DNA of 63,828 nucleotides, the filler included, from Octopus bimaculoides (Eukaryota), in assembly GCF_001194135.2 (NCBI RefSeq). It is 5 parts of 5 records of this genome, joined end to end, with 100 filler letters (N's around TTAATTAATTAA, not from the genome) between each part and the next. Parts side by side here need not be neighbours in the genome. Positions count along the whole stretch, not along the records: positions 28,765 to 38,847 come from NC_068988.1; positions 38,948 to 51,032 come from NC_068994.1; 3 more parts are not named here. One strand, given 5' to 3'. How positions within the stretch are numbered: position 1 is the stretch's first letter; the number at the start of each line of letters is the position of its first letter. Shown here piece after piece: positions 36,922 through 49,713 of the stretch. The notes below the pieces were generated by a model that saw nothing but the letters and a program-made list of their open reading frames with translations, was not told where the DNA came from and did no database searches. The translations under genes and the position numbers were made by a program.

Positions 36922-38470
36922 TAAGGGTCAGTATGAACAAGTACATTGAAATAGTTAATATAGAAGATTAACAACATCTCGGGACTAGATATTTTACACA
37001 CCTTTAGATATATCTAATATCTAAATATCGTGAAATTTTCAAGTGAATGGAATGTATATTTCGTAAGTTATGAGGAAATAATCAAATATCTTCCAAATTG
37101 CTGCGGCCAAAAGTTAAGAGTCACTTAGAAATAATGAACCGCTAGACGAGGTATTTGTTATTCCTTAAAACTGTTAATGGGCTAACAGTTACTTATGATC
37201 CTAAATTATTGGAACATTGTACTGTCACCAGAGAGGCTCGTGAGAGATGACCAGTATCCTCTGATGAAAAACAAACGATTGTATGCCTTCACCAAGCGGG
37301 CAAGTCAAATTCTGTGATAGCATCTACTGTAGGAAGGTCTAGAAGTGCTGTGCAACGAATTGTAGCACGTTTTAAGTCACCAATATCGGTAGAATTCGTA
37401 AAACTTCACCACAGGATCGTATCATGGTTATAATGTCACTGAAGGATAGGTTTAAGAGTCCTGCTGAGATATCTGCGAGTTTAGCTCAACTTCCGATGTC
37501 AACGTAGCGTGCAAATGAGTTTCTCGTAGGTTACGAGGTTCTGGGTTGCTTGCTCGGCACCGACAGACAAACCTCTGATCTCCAAGAAGAATCAAAGAGC
37601 CCGTCTTCGTTTCGCTCACGAACATGGCGTTTGGACAGAAGAACTGTGGTCGCAGGTTTATTTTAGTGATGAATCGAAGTTTAATGTTATTGGTTCCGAG
37701 GGCGGGATGTACATTCGACGAAGAAGTGGCGAAGGGTTATCCTGTGCATGTGTGAAGAAGACAGTGAAATATGGAGGCGACAGTGTAATGGTAGGGAGAG
37801 TGTTCTGGTCCACTTATTCATTTACAAGGGACTGTGAATGCGGAAATCTATAAGCAAATCCTTAGATATCATGCCCTTCTACATCTCCGATCCTCGTCAG
37901 TTCAGCTTCTTATTTTGGTGCAAGAAAACGCTCCCTGTCAGACTGTGAAGAAAGTCAAAGATTTTGAGTAATGAAGGGGTTGATCTCATTGACTGGCCAC
38001 TTCAAAGTCCTGATCTGAACCCTATAGAAAACGTTTGGAACATTATTGAAGATGGGGCACGAAGGAGAAATGCAAAGAACCAAGTTGAAATCTGAGAATA
38101 ATTAAAAAAGAAATGGAACAGTATTGCTGCATCATTTTGCGAGGAATTAATTCTGTTCTGTGGTAACAGATGTCAGGAGGTTATTGAAAGAAAAGGGATG
38201 TTCATGAAATATTAATAGTAAGGGTCTCTTTTCTGTTCCTGTACCATTTTTCATAGTTTTTTTTAAAGTGACTCTTAAATTTTGGCCATTGCAGGTTGTG
38301 AGATTATTTGTTTATTTCCTCAAAACTTATGAGATATTTATTCCATTCACTTGAAATTTTCATGAAATATAGATATTAGATATATCTAATTATGTGTAAT
38401 ATATCTAGTCTCAAAGTTTTGTTAATCTTCTATAATAATATTTCAATACACTTGTTCTTACTGACCCTTA
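36922..38470 (+). mobile_element. Full-length decayed Tc1-like DNA transposon
   Basis: About 210-bp TIRs (taagggtcagt.../...actgaccctta) with TA ends. Frameshifted transposase at 37247-38215 with HTH, FSDESKF, QENAP and SPDLNPIEN. Confidence 0.93.
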
Positions 38471-38599
38471 TATTATGGCCGCCACTGTATAAACACACAC
38501 ACACAAACACACACGCATGCACACATATATATATATTTATATATATAAGTATGCATATTTTCGACCACATATACTTAACAAAAGGACACAGGATATTTG

Positions 38600-38715
38600 C
38601 CAGTAGGCTGCGAAATAGCGTGATGGAGATTGCTCATTCAAAGTTCGGTGTGACAGAACATCTGTTATGGACAATCGAGACAACTCACCCCAGATCCCAT
38701 TCAATATATTTCTAC
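38600..38715 (+). mobile_element. Possible Gypsy integrase zinc-binding fragment
   Basis: RLRNSVMEIAHS..GVTEHL resembles RxxVMxxAHxxxxxGHLG. Confidence 0.3.
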
Positions 38716-38803
38716 ATATAAACACACATGCACACACATATGTAAATAGATACACACGCACACACACATAAATATGCATATATACATACAAATATATATA
38801 CAT

Positions 38804-38842
<39 letters not shown>

Positions 38843-38947
38843 TATATNNNNNNNNNNNNNNNNNNNNNNNNNNNNNNNNNNNNNNNNNNNNTTAATTAAT
38901 TAANNNNNNNNNNNNNNNNNNNNNNNNNNNNNNNNNNNNNNNNNNNN

Positions 38948-39360
38948 ACTACACTCTCTGAGTGGTTGGCGTTAGGAAGGGCATCCAGCTGTAGAAACTC
39001 TGCCAAATCAGACTGGAGCCTGGTGTTGCCATCCGGTTTCACCAGTCCTCAGTCAAATCGTCCAACCCATGCTAGCATGGAAAGCGGACGTTAAACGATG
39101 ATGATGATGATGATGATAATATTTATTAATAAGCAAGGCAGGGGGGAGCTGGCAGAATCGTTAGCATGCCAGGTGGAATGCTTAGCAGTATTTTGTCTGT
39201 CTTTACATTCTGAGTTCAAATTCCACCGAGGTCGACTTTTCCTTTTATTCTTTCAGGGTCGATAAATTAAGTACCAGTTGTATCCTGGGGAGGTTGATCT
39301 AATCAGCTGGTCCTCTCCCCAAAAATTTCGGGCCTTGTGCCGAGAGTAGAAAAGAATGTT
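38948..39360 (+). mobile_element. RTE tail (38948-39118) followed by SINE A (39135-39360)
   Basis: Family homology. Confidence 0.85.
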
Positions 39361-39624
39361 TATCAATGTGTGTATATTAAGAAATAAAGTAATTAAATTT
39401 AAACAATAACAATAAGCAATATTAAAAAATATAACTAATGTGAGTGAGTCCTGAACCCTGACCCACCCTGTGTATTGCCACTTTTTATTTTCCATTAAAG
39501 AGATTCCTCAATTATTTTCAGAGTCTTGCTGAGTCAGATGCGGTGAGGTTGTTAACCTGTAACTGTGGTCACAAACCATACTTAAACGCCATCCATAGCA
39601 AGGTTTGTTTTATGCTTTACATTC

Positions 39625-39669
<45 letters not shown>

Positions 39670-39727
39670 TCTCTCTCTCCCTCTCTCTATCTCTTTCTTT
39701 TCTTTTCTTTCTCTGTCTAATTTCTGT

Positions 39728-39769
<42 letters not shown>

Positions 39770-39771
39770 TT

Positions 39772-39970
39772 ATCATCATCACCCTCATCGTTTAATGTCT
39801 GCTTTCCATGCTGGCATGGGTTGGACGGTTTGACAGAAGACTGGCAAGCTGGGAGGCTGCACCGAGCTCCAATCTGATTCAGCAAGGTTTCTACAGCTGG
39901 ATGCCTTTCCTTATGCCAACCACTCTGAGAATGTAGTGGGTGCTTTTTTCGTGCCATTGGCACAGGAGGC
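39772..39970 (-). mobile_element. RTE tail fragment
   Basis: Family homology. Confidence 0.8.
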
Positions 39971-39973
39971 AGT

Positions 39974-40139
39974 CATAAAATTCTGTTGACTGTTCTTTGA
40001 GCCACTTCTTCACTACAGTTTTCACTTGCTCGTCACTGGAATAATTTAGCGCCTTCAGACTATCATCTCTCCGGCCCCATGAAAGAGGGTTTGAGAGGCA
40101 AATATTATTCCAGTGACGAGGAAGTGAAAACTGTAGTGT
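39974..40139. mobile_element. Mariner transposase C-terminal fragment with inverted duplication
   Basis: + strand NLAPSDYHLSGPMKEGLRGKYYSSDEEVKTVV; - strand continues VVKKWLKEQSTEFY. Confidence 0.8.
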
Positions 40140-41125
40140 TCAGGAAATGTTTTTTCTGGTTTGGAAAAGAAAATTTATTATTATTCTGGTCTTTACAACC
40201 CTATCATACGGTGATGGGAAAGACTTTAAAAAATTTAGACAAATGTATGCTGGAGGGGGTCAATACAAAAACCCTAAAAAGGGTTAACACTAGGGGAAGT
40301 AACCAATTCCTCCTTGTCTGTTCCTCCTCCACCACCTGGATGGCAAGACTAAGAATTACTACCACCATTCTGCTACCACGATCACCACAACCACAACAAC
40401 TACAAATACTATCCCCACCCTACTACCACCAGCCCCGCCACCTCCACCTCTGCCACTGTGGATGGACAATGAAGGCTTCACTAGTTGTTTGGTCCCAACT
40501 CAACCCCTAAACCAGCAGACCTTTGATTTAAATACAATGTGAGATTTTATTTCTTTTATTTTAAAATGGTAGAATGTGATTTGTGAGAGACTTGGTGGTT
40601 ATTTCTAGCAAGTCAAGCAACTATGAAGAGACTTTCTTGTTGATTCAAGAAGTAAACTTGTTCCCACTTGAGAATAAAATTTTGACACAAGTAAAACAAT
40701 GGCATATGACCATGTTGAATGTTGAATGTACCCCGTAAGAATTCCGGTTCTAACCATTTAGAATACCCAAAGAACACTTGACATTTATTCTCATTGCTTA
40801 ACAGCATTCTTCTTTGTAGAGCTTTCACCAATTTCTGCAGAGAACAATTTTTGTCTTTTTCTCTCAGTATTTTACAGAGGAATTGACTTGAGAGGAAAGA
40901 AGCTTTCTCATTAATCTCTTGTCTCATGTTATCAACGCAAAATGTTTGAACATAAAAAGTTTCAGAATTTGACAAATATTTTGTTGAGTTGTTCTGTTTT
41001 ATACATACATACATACATTTATGTGTGTGTATATACAGTGAGAATTTACAAAAAAACAAAAGATAAAGACGGGTGTGTAAACAACAAACAGATGTATTAG
41101 TTTAATGCTCGGGAAGTAGGAAAGT

Positions 41126-41161
41126 CTTTTACGTTTCGAGCCTACGCTCTTCAGCAGAAAG
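41126..41161 (-). ncRNA. Minimal hammerhead-like motif with non-canonical core (CUGCUGA)
   Basis: CTTT-CTGCTGA-A-GAGC-GTAG-GCTC-GAA-ACGT-A-AAAG; stems I and II pair perfectly. Confidence 0.5.
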
Positions 41162-41299
41162 GAACCGACAGAGTGCCAGTGTGTGTGTGTGTGTGTGCGT
41201 GCGCGTGCGCGCGCGTGTGTCTGTGTGTGTGAGTATGTGATAGCAAGACAGGAAGAGAGAGAGAAGGAAAATGTTCAAGTGATAGATACAATATGACCA

Positions 41300-41545
41300 A
41301 ACACATAAAAAGCACCCATGCTGGTGTCACGTAAAGAGCACTTGTGCTGGTGCCACATAAAAAGCACCCAGTGGAGCACTCTGTAAAGTGGTTGGCATTA
41401 GGAAAGGCATCCAGCAATAGAAACCTTGCCAATTTGAGCCTGGTGCTGCCCTCTAGTTTGCCAGCTTCTTTTGAACCGTCCAACCCATACCAGCATAGGA
41501 AATGGACATTTAATGATGATGATGATGATGATGATGATGATGGTG
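41300..41545 (+). mobile_element. RTE tail fragment
   Basis: Family homology. Confidence 0.75.
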
Positions 41546-42868
41546 ATGGTGACCTTCACCAAAGACATCCACAAATCTGAAGCTTTAGATTTCAATCCTA
41601 ACAGTAAATTTGGCACAGGCAGGAATTCGGTTAATCAAACAAGAGGAACAGTCTTCGTTGAAGCCAAATGAAATCCATTTACTCATTGGCTTTTATGAGA
41701 GACAGGATTACATCAATCTTTAGTCAGATAAGTGTTCAGTCTTTGATTTCTTCAAAGGCAACAACATGAATCCTAATCCCTTTGCTATTCTCATAAATGT
41801 GCAGACATCACACAACTTGCAAAACATCACGTAAAATATACAAAGAATGTAAATAGGTTTAGGGACAACTCGTCTTTTGTTTGCGTTGTCTGATTATTAT
41901 TTTGTGTCTTTGTTTTGCCCGTTTCTTGTCATTTCCTCTCTTTTTCATAGGGTGGCGGCGGCGGCGGTGGTGGTGGTGGTGGTGGTGGTGGTGGTGAAGG
42001 GTGGGGTGTAATGGTTGTGGGAGACGGGCTGAAGGTTTGGTTTCTAAAATANNNNNNNNNNNNNNNNNNNNNNNNNNNNNNNNNNNNNNNNNNNNNNNNN
42101 NNNNNNNNNNNNNNNNNNNNNNNNNNNNNNNNNNNNNNNNNNNNNNNNNNNNNNNNNNNNNNNNNNNNNNNNNNNNNNNNNNNNNNNNNNNNNNNNNNNN
42201 NNNNNNNNNNNNNNNNNNNNNNNNNNNNNNNNNNNNNNNNNNNNNNNNNNNNNNNNNNNNNNNNNNNNNNNNNNNNNNNNNNNNNNNNNNNNNNNNNNNN
42301 NNNNNNNNNNNNNNNNNNNNNNNNNNNNNNNNNNNNNNNNNNNNNNNNNNNNNNNNNNNNNNNNNNNNNNNNNNNNNNNNNNNNNNNNNNNNNNNNNNNN
42401 NNNNNNNNNNNNNNNNNNNNNNNNNNNNNNNNNNNNNNNNNNNNNNNNNNNNNNNNNNNNNNNNNNNNNNNNNNNNNNNNNNNNNNNNNNNNNNNNNNNN
42501 NNNNNNNNNNNNNNNNNNNNNNNCACACACACACACACACACACGTTGTTGTTAGCAATAACGTTTTCCCACCCCAAAACTAGTTTTCTGATTCTTGAGA
42601 CAAAAATATCAGGTTCTTTAGAAGAGAAAACCATTTGGAATACCATTTTGACATCATTCCTTCTTCTGAACGTTATTCCACTTGTAAAGCATTCAAATGC
42701 ATGAATGAAAAACTGATGGCACTCAGTCTGGTGATGAAGAGGATGGTGGGGGTGAGAAAGTGCTTCTCAGCTTCTAATGAATTTATATTTTCTTGAGTTA
42801 CAAGGTGGCTTTGAATTGTGTTATGTTGTAGGATGACTCACTGTCTGTTGAATAGAGCTGGTTGTTTT

Positions 42869-43030
42869 TTAGAGAAAAACTTGATCAACATACTCAAGTT
42901 GTTGACAATAAATTTCTGTGGTTCTACTTTTTGCCCATTCCAATAATTTATAATGGATAAAACTTATTGTGTTCCACCAAATGCACAACATAATTTTCTT
43001 TGGCTTTAGATCTAGCTTGACTGTTGGAAC
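42869..43030 (-). mobile_element. Mariner transposase fragment
   Basis: KLDLKPKKIMLCIWWNTISFIHYKLL...TTEIYCQQL, matching the mariner KKxMLCVWW motif. Confidence 0.8.
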
Positions 43031-44039
43031 TGGTCTTAACGTAATTCTCAGGGAGATTCGACATGACACAGAATGTGATGATGCCTTTGAAAGGTACAAC
43101 TCACTTTTTCCAGCTAAGGTGGACTGGGGTGACGTAAAATAAAGTGTCTTGCTCAAGGACTCACTGCACTGCTGGAAATTGAACACATGACCTTACAATC
43201 ATGAGCCAAATGCTCTAACCACTCATCATCATCATCATCATCGTTTAACATCCGCTTTCCAGGCTGATATGGGTTGGACGGTTCGACCGGGGTCTGGGAA
43301 GCCAGGGGGCTGCCCCAGGCTCCAGTCTGATCTGGCAGGGTTTCTACAGCTGAAGAATTTCCAAAGTTATACCATACTGATTAGGACCAAACCAATAATT
43401 ATTTCCAGGCTGAAATCTCACTTATGCACTTAAACCAAATAACTAACAGGCCCTCATTTTGTTGTGTGCGTTACAAAACCCCAGTAGACTTGGCAATTTC
43501 TAAGTAATTCGATACAAATTCATCAATATTGACAGAAAAAAACCCTCTCCTCTTCATTGTGTAAACACAGTCGATAGTTTGGCAATGTTAAAATTGCATT
43601 AAATGGCACTTATCCAACCAGACTAGAATTGTTGATGGAGTTTTGGTTTTACTTTTTTATTTTGGGTTTTTTTTTTTTTTCCATTTGTTTAATTATAATA
43701 AATCTTTTCTGTTGACTAAGAGGTCACCAGTTCACATCCTGTCATCAGTACTGCACTTATGTCCCCTGACGAAAATATTTGAATTTAGCTGGCTGAATAC
43801 CGAGGAAGTTAGCAGCAATAATTTGGTTTCCGCTACAGTCACAGATTTATTTCTCATCCAATTAGTGCCAAAAAAAAAGTAGAACAATTAAACAACTCTA
43901 ATTAAAATCTCTCAGTTTGTTTAACTTTTGGTAACTGAGTACTGAGAATAACCTGTCTTCAGCAGATCTCTTTATTTATTTATCATTCAATTAGTTATAA
44001 AGAAATTAGGGATAATTAAATAAGTTTATTTAATCTCTG

Positions 44040-44380
44040 GGTATGGCCTTTTGGTTAAGAAGTTTGCTTCATGACCACATAGTTATGGGTTCCATTCCAC
44101 CGTGGGGTACCTTGGGTAAGTTGTCTTCTTCTGTAACCTCACTCTGAGCAAAGCTTTGAGACAGAACTTGGTTGACAAAAACTCTAAGGAAGCTGTACAA
44201 ACACACATACATACATACATATATGCACACACACATACATACACATGCAGTTCAGCAAAAGAGACCGATAGAATAAGTACCAGGCTTACAAAGAATAAGT
44301 CCTGGGGTCGATTTGTTCGACTAAAGGTGGTACTCCAGCATGGCCTCAGTCAAAGGAATGAAACAAGTAAAAGAATAAAA
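44040..44380 (+). mobile_element. SINE family C, near full length
   Basis: Head, CORE-like body and aagtaaaagaataaaaga tail. Confidence 0.8.
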
Positions 44381-45103
44381 GAAAAGAATTATTTTCAAAA
44401 TTACTCATAACAAAAGCTGTGTTCTTCAACAGAAATTTGATGACAAAAGGGTTAATCATAGCAATGTTTTTTTTTTTCCTTTTTTTTTCAAAATTCATTA
44501 TTTTTAAAATTACTTCAAACAAAAGCAGAGGAATTTCAACAGAAATATAACAAAAGGGTTAATTACGGCAAAGTTATTATACTAATTCCTTCGTTATTTT
44601 CAAAAATTACTTGTAATAAAAGCAGAATTCCTCAATAGAAATTGGGCAATGAAAAGGTTGAATGTCAAAAGCACAGCTGAAAGGTTCCTGAAGATTTGAG
44701 GAATTCTTTATCTTCATTCTTTCTTGTATGTCAAAGTTTGGGGTCGAATCTTTGAGAGTCTTTTACACACACATGTAAAGACATAGAATGGTTCTTTAAA
44801 AAAATGTCAAACCTCTTAAAACAAGTCAAAAGATTCCATTTTTTCTTTCTTTTTCCAGAATGTTCATTACATCATCAAAGCTTCACTCAGCATCCTTCAT
44901 AACATTGCCAGGAATCCATCCATTAAACATTATTTCAAAGAACAGAAGACTTCAGAGGTATGTGCCATTACTTTTCTTTGACTTTGGGAGGTGTGTGTGT
45001 GTGTGTGTGTGTGTGCGTGTGGAGGGTGGGGCAGCCGTTTTCTCTTGTCTTTTATTTTCCTGTTGGGTTTTACTTGTTTTTTTAATTCTGTAAACATATT
45101 TTG

Positions 45104-45142
45104 CATCATTATCATCATCATCATTATCAGCATCATTATCAG

Positions 45143-45179
<37 letters not shown>

Positions 45180-45231
45180 GTCATCATCATCATTATCATC
45201 ATCATTATCATCATCATCATCATCGTCATCG

Positions 45232-45281
<50 letters not shown>

Positions 45282-45365
45282 GTCATCATTATCATCATCA
45301 TCAGTGACAGCAGCATCATTATCACCATCCATGACATTAGAGATTATATCTGTCATCATCACATC
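45104..45365. repeat. (CAT)n microsatellite
   Basis: Source of the poly-M/D/H/I ORFs. Confidence 0.95.
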
Positions 45366-45682
45366 AATCTTCAAGAAAGAAAGAAACTCATTGAATAATG
45401 TAACCCTAAACACACTGTGTGTCTAGGGTTCAATTCCTGAATCAGGCAGAATGGTTTTTTTTCCTCCCCCCCCCCCCCCCCGCCCCCGAGCTGCAATCTG
45501 GATGCATGATGGGAAGGCCTACCATGTCCTTGATATTCCTCTGGGGCAAGGATGGAAGGACAACAGAAACAGAAGCACAAAACAATTACCAAAAGCATGA
45601 TACATCTATCACCCTGACTTGTGAGTGATGGCTGAGTAAACCTTGGTGGTGAAAAGATTGGGAAGGACCAGTCTAACATTAG

Positions 45683-45945
45683 ATTAGCTTTCATAGTAAT
45701 GCTATCATCTATATCTTATAATAGTGCTATGGATTATCTCTCATAGTAGTGTTACAGATTATTTCCCATAGCAACACTACAAATTAGCTCTCATAGTACA
45801 GCTATAATTTATCTCTCATAGTAGTGCTATGGATTAGTCCTCATAGTATGGTTATGGATTAGCTCTCATAATAATTTTATGGATTAGCTCTCATAATAGT
45901 GCGATCGATTAGCTCATAGAAGTTCTATGGATTAGCTCTCATCAT
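45683..45945. repeat. ~25-bp minisatellite, about 10 degenerate units
   Basis: Unit approximately atagtgctatggattagctctcata. Confidence 0.8.
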
Positions 45946-46028
45946 AGAGGGATAAAATTTCATGGTAGTATTACACTTAGTGGAAGGTTTTAAGAAGCTT
46001 CTTTATATTTCTCACAAAAGAAAACATG

Positions 46029-46067
<39 letters not shown>

Positions 46068-46729
46068 TGACAGATGTCAAGAGATGTTGACAGGAAACAT
46101 GATATTTTTGTTTGTTTGTTTGTTTGTTTTATTAGTTTGTTCTAGAAGAAAGGGATTGTTGAAAAATTTTGGTTTTCTGATATTTCCCATGCAATTAGTA
46201 GATAAAATTTGCCTGAAGAGGTAATTGGACCTTTTTTTTTTTTTTTTTTGACACCGACCCCATTGTAACTGCCTCTGTTTCTAAAGTTACAAGCTTCCTG
46301 TTTTAAAGTTTATCTAAATTAAAACCTTCCACCAAAATTTCATGTTCCAAACACCAAGTTAAACAATGACAAAAGACATTTTAGCATATTCTTTATTGCT
46401 TCTAAAATAAACCAAAAAAGACGACCGCATATCTCCGTGTTAACAAACGGTTAAAGTGATCTAAACAATAGCAACCTCCCCACCCCTCTCAAATACCCCC
46501 AAACCTACCCCCATTTAGTCAAGGGTCTTTTACCTTTCCCCAACGCTTTCCTTTGTCCCCCCTTTTCCCTTTTTCTAGTTCTTCCATGTACTTGGCAACC
46601 TCACTAGTGCAGGTGCCACATAAAAAGCACCGAGTGCACTCTGTAGAGTGATTAGCATCAGCAACGACTCACCCAGCTGTAGAAACTATGCTGAAGCAGA
46701 CAGTGGAACTCAATGCAACAATAATAACA

Positions 46730-46950
46730 ATGGTTTCAAATTTTGCCACAAGGGCAGCAATTTTTTTTTGGGGGGGGGGGAATAGTCAATTGCATCGACC
46801 TCCAATGTTCAACAGGAACCTAATTTATCAACCCCAAAAGGATAAAAGACACATTTGAACTCGGCAGAATTTGAACTCAGAACGTAACAGCAGACGAAAT
46901 ACCGCTAAGTATTTCGCCCGGTGTGCTAACAATTCTGCCAGCTCACCGCC
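46730..46950 (-). mobile_element. SINE family A (another partial copy at 47735-47830)
   Basis: Family homology; (AAT)n flank. Confidence 0.85.
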
Positions 46951-46959
46951 TTCAATAAA

Positions 46960-47007
<48 letters not shown>

Positions 47008-47644
47008 TGCAACAACTACCACTACTACTGTTATTAGAATTACTGCTACAACTATTTAATACAAATACTACTGCTAGTATTACTACTACTACTACTACTA
47101 CTGCTGTTAAACTGTGGAACTGAAGCTGGAAACTCTGTTGAAACATGCAACAAACCTACATTACAATTCCTGTTTTTCTACATGACCATATTTTCTATTG
47201 TCTGCCTTAATGTGCTTTAATCTCACATTATTCTATTAACTTGGCATGAATAAAAGAATAAGAAGCAAAATAAAATAATCAAATAACAAAAAAACAATAA
47301 TTCTATAAAAATAAAAAATATCATAAATAAAACTGCCTCTATTAAAGACTGATGCAGGTTTTTTTTTTGTTTGTTGGTTTTGTTGGGTTTCTTTTTTTTT
47401 TTTTTTTGGTTTGTTTATTTTTACTTTATGATAATGTAAATTGCATTCGGAATCCATCCATTGCCTTTTGGGTAAATAAAAATAAAAATAAAAATAAAAA
47501 TAAAAATTATTAATATTTAGTAGTAGTAGTAGTAGTAGGAGGAGGAGGATAAGAATTCATTTATTTGCCTCAAGGGTGATGGGTAAGAGGGGCACCACTC
47601 AGACAAATTAGAAAAAGACTGAAAATACAAATAATATCGATACC

Positions 47645-47691
<47 letters not shown>

Positions 47692-47696
47692 TAATA

Positions 47697-47735
<39 letters not shown>

Positions 47736-47856
47736 GCAAAGTTTGGCGCAAGGCCAGCAATTTCAGGCGAGGGGACGTAAGTTGATTAACATCAACCCTG
47801 GTTCTCGGCTGGTACTTATTTTATCGACCCTTTACTTCTCCATCCATTTTGCAGCT

Positions 47857-49345
47857 CTGAGATTCCCTTTTTGTGCGGTTTGTGTTTTTATCAGTTCCGT
47901 TTATCACATTAGGTTCTTCTCTTTCATTGAGTCTCTCCTCAATCTCGTTCATTTTTAATTTCTTTGCATACTTCTTTATTTCTTCTCAAACTGAGAGCAT
48001 TCTTTGGGAACTTTCATAATTTGCTGACAAGTTTAAGTATCCAGCCATTGGCGTTCTTTAGACAGATCTCTACCTCTTTGGTTGCTAGCTTTGGAGGGAG
48101 TTGCAGCTGCATCAGTCCATGTCCCGCATCCTTTTGTAGGATGTGTAGTCTATCTACATTTGCCTTTCGGTGATATGTGTGATACATTGTGAGGGTCTTG
48201 TTTAATTTTGTATCAATTTTATTGATCCCGTGGACCCTTTTATGCTGAAGGTCACAACAGCTAACATATTGAGTGCATCAATCCTGTTTTTTACATTCAG
48301 TTTATTCTTTTGGCTGGTTCTAGTTCTACAATAAAATTCTTTCCATATATTTTTTTTTTTTTTTTTTGCTGGATGGCTATCCCTTTCACATACCCCTAAA
48401 TATTGATAATTTTTTTCCAGATTTTAAGTCCTTGGTGTCGGTAGACTTGTCTATCTCTATATTGTTTGTTTTTAGGGGTTTTTCACCTGAAGAATGTGGC
48501 TTTAGCACATTTATCAAAGTCAAACACCATTCCAAATTGTCACAGAAACTGTTTTACCACAATTAAAAGTCATTTCAGTTTGTTGACCATCTTTCGTAAA
48601 GTTTTAGATCATCCATGTAAAGGAGGTGATTGAGTTGTCGTTCATATACTCTGCACCCATGTACAGAGTATATGAACGAGAGTGAAGAGAAGCTTGGTGA
48701 AAGAGACAAACTTATGTGGTAGACGAAACTGATAAAAACACAAACCACGCAAAAAGGAATCTCAGAGAAGTAATGGAATTGCTCGACAAATATCCTACAA
48801 GGACCAGTGATCCTTGATACAAATATGACCTGTCAAGGGTTGGTTAATCAGCAGCTTACTTAGGAGAGAACAAACTCATTCCAAAGAGTAATGGTAACAG
48901 AGAATCCCCTTGAGGAACGCCACAGTTTACGTCTGTGTCACCAGCATTCATAGAACTTTGTCTTTGGATTCAGTAAGAGAGTTCTTACCCATTGCTTTAT
49001 ACAATTCAACAAAAAAATACCAATAAATGGAGAGATTTTATTCATATCCAAGCATTTCTCAATCCAGCTTTGGGGGATTTTGTTGCTGAACACTTTTTTT
49101 TTGTATATTTTTTGTAATCAATCCATGCAATAAAAAGATTGTAGCATTGTTCGTGTCAGTCCTCAAGAACCATTTTATTGATTAAAAGTCGGTCTCAACA
49201 ACCATGTGAGCCATGTTAACAACCTTTTTATTCACTGGGGAATACTTGTTATCCGTCAGGAAAGTGGTGTGTATTGTCAGTAATGATGGATGTTAGTATT
49301 TTATATATAGCTGTTAGACATGTAATTGGTCAGTAGTTTGGAGGG
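47857..49345 (-). mobile_element. Decayed R4/Dong-like non-LTR retrotransposon RT region
   Basis: RPITCLTAIYKILTSII-like, AWIDYKK, GVPQGDSL, HLLYMDDLKL (48601-48637), YHRKANVDRLHI..GHGL; many stops and frameshifts. Confidence 0.82.
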
Positions 49346-49580
49346 TATTATTATAATAATTATTACTATTATTATCATCATCATCATGATCATTATCATT
49401 ATGTCCCCCATAAACATTTGTTGCTCGTTATCAACTTTCAGGTGATTCAGACATTTATTTCTTCGAAAGATGAAATGTTTAAGGTCCTCTCCATGATGAC
49501 TATGGCATACATTGTTGAAGAGGAAGACAACCAGACATTAATTGAGGAAACGGGTGAGGCTGCATTTTGATTATTTCTTC

Positions 49581-49626
<46 letters not shown>

Positions 49627-49642
49627 TTTGTATGTGTGTGTG

Positions 49643-49677
<35 letters not shown>

Positions 49678-49713
<36 letters not shown>

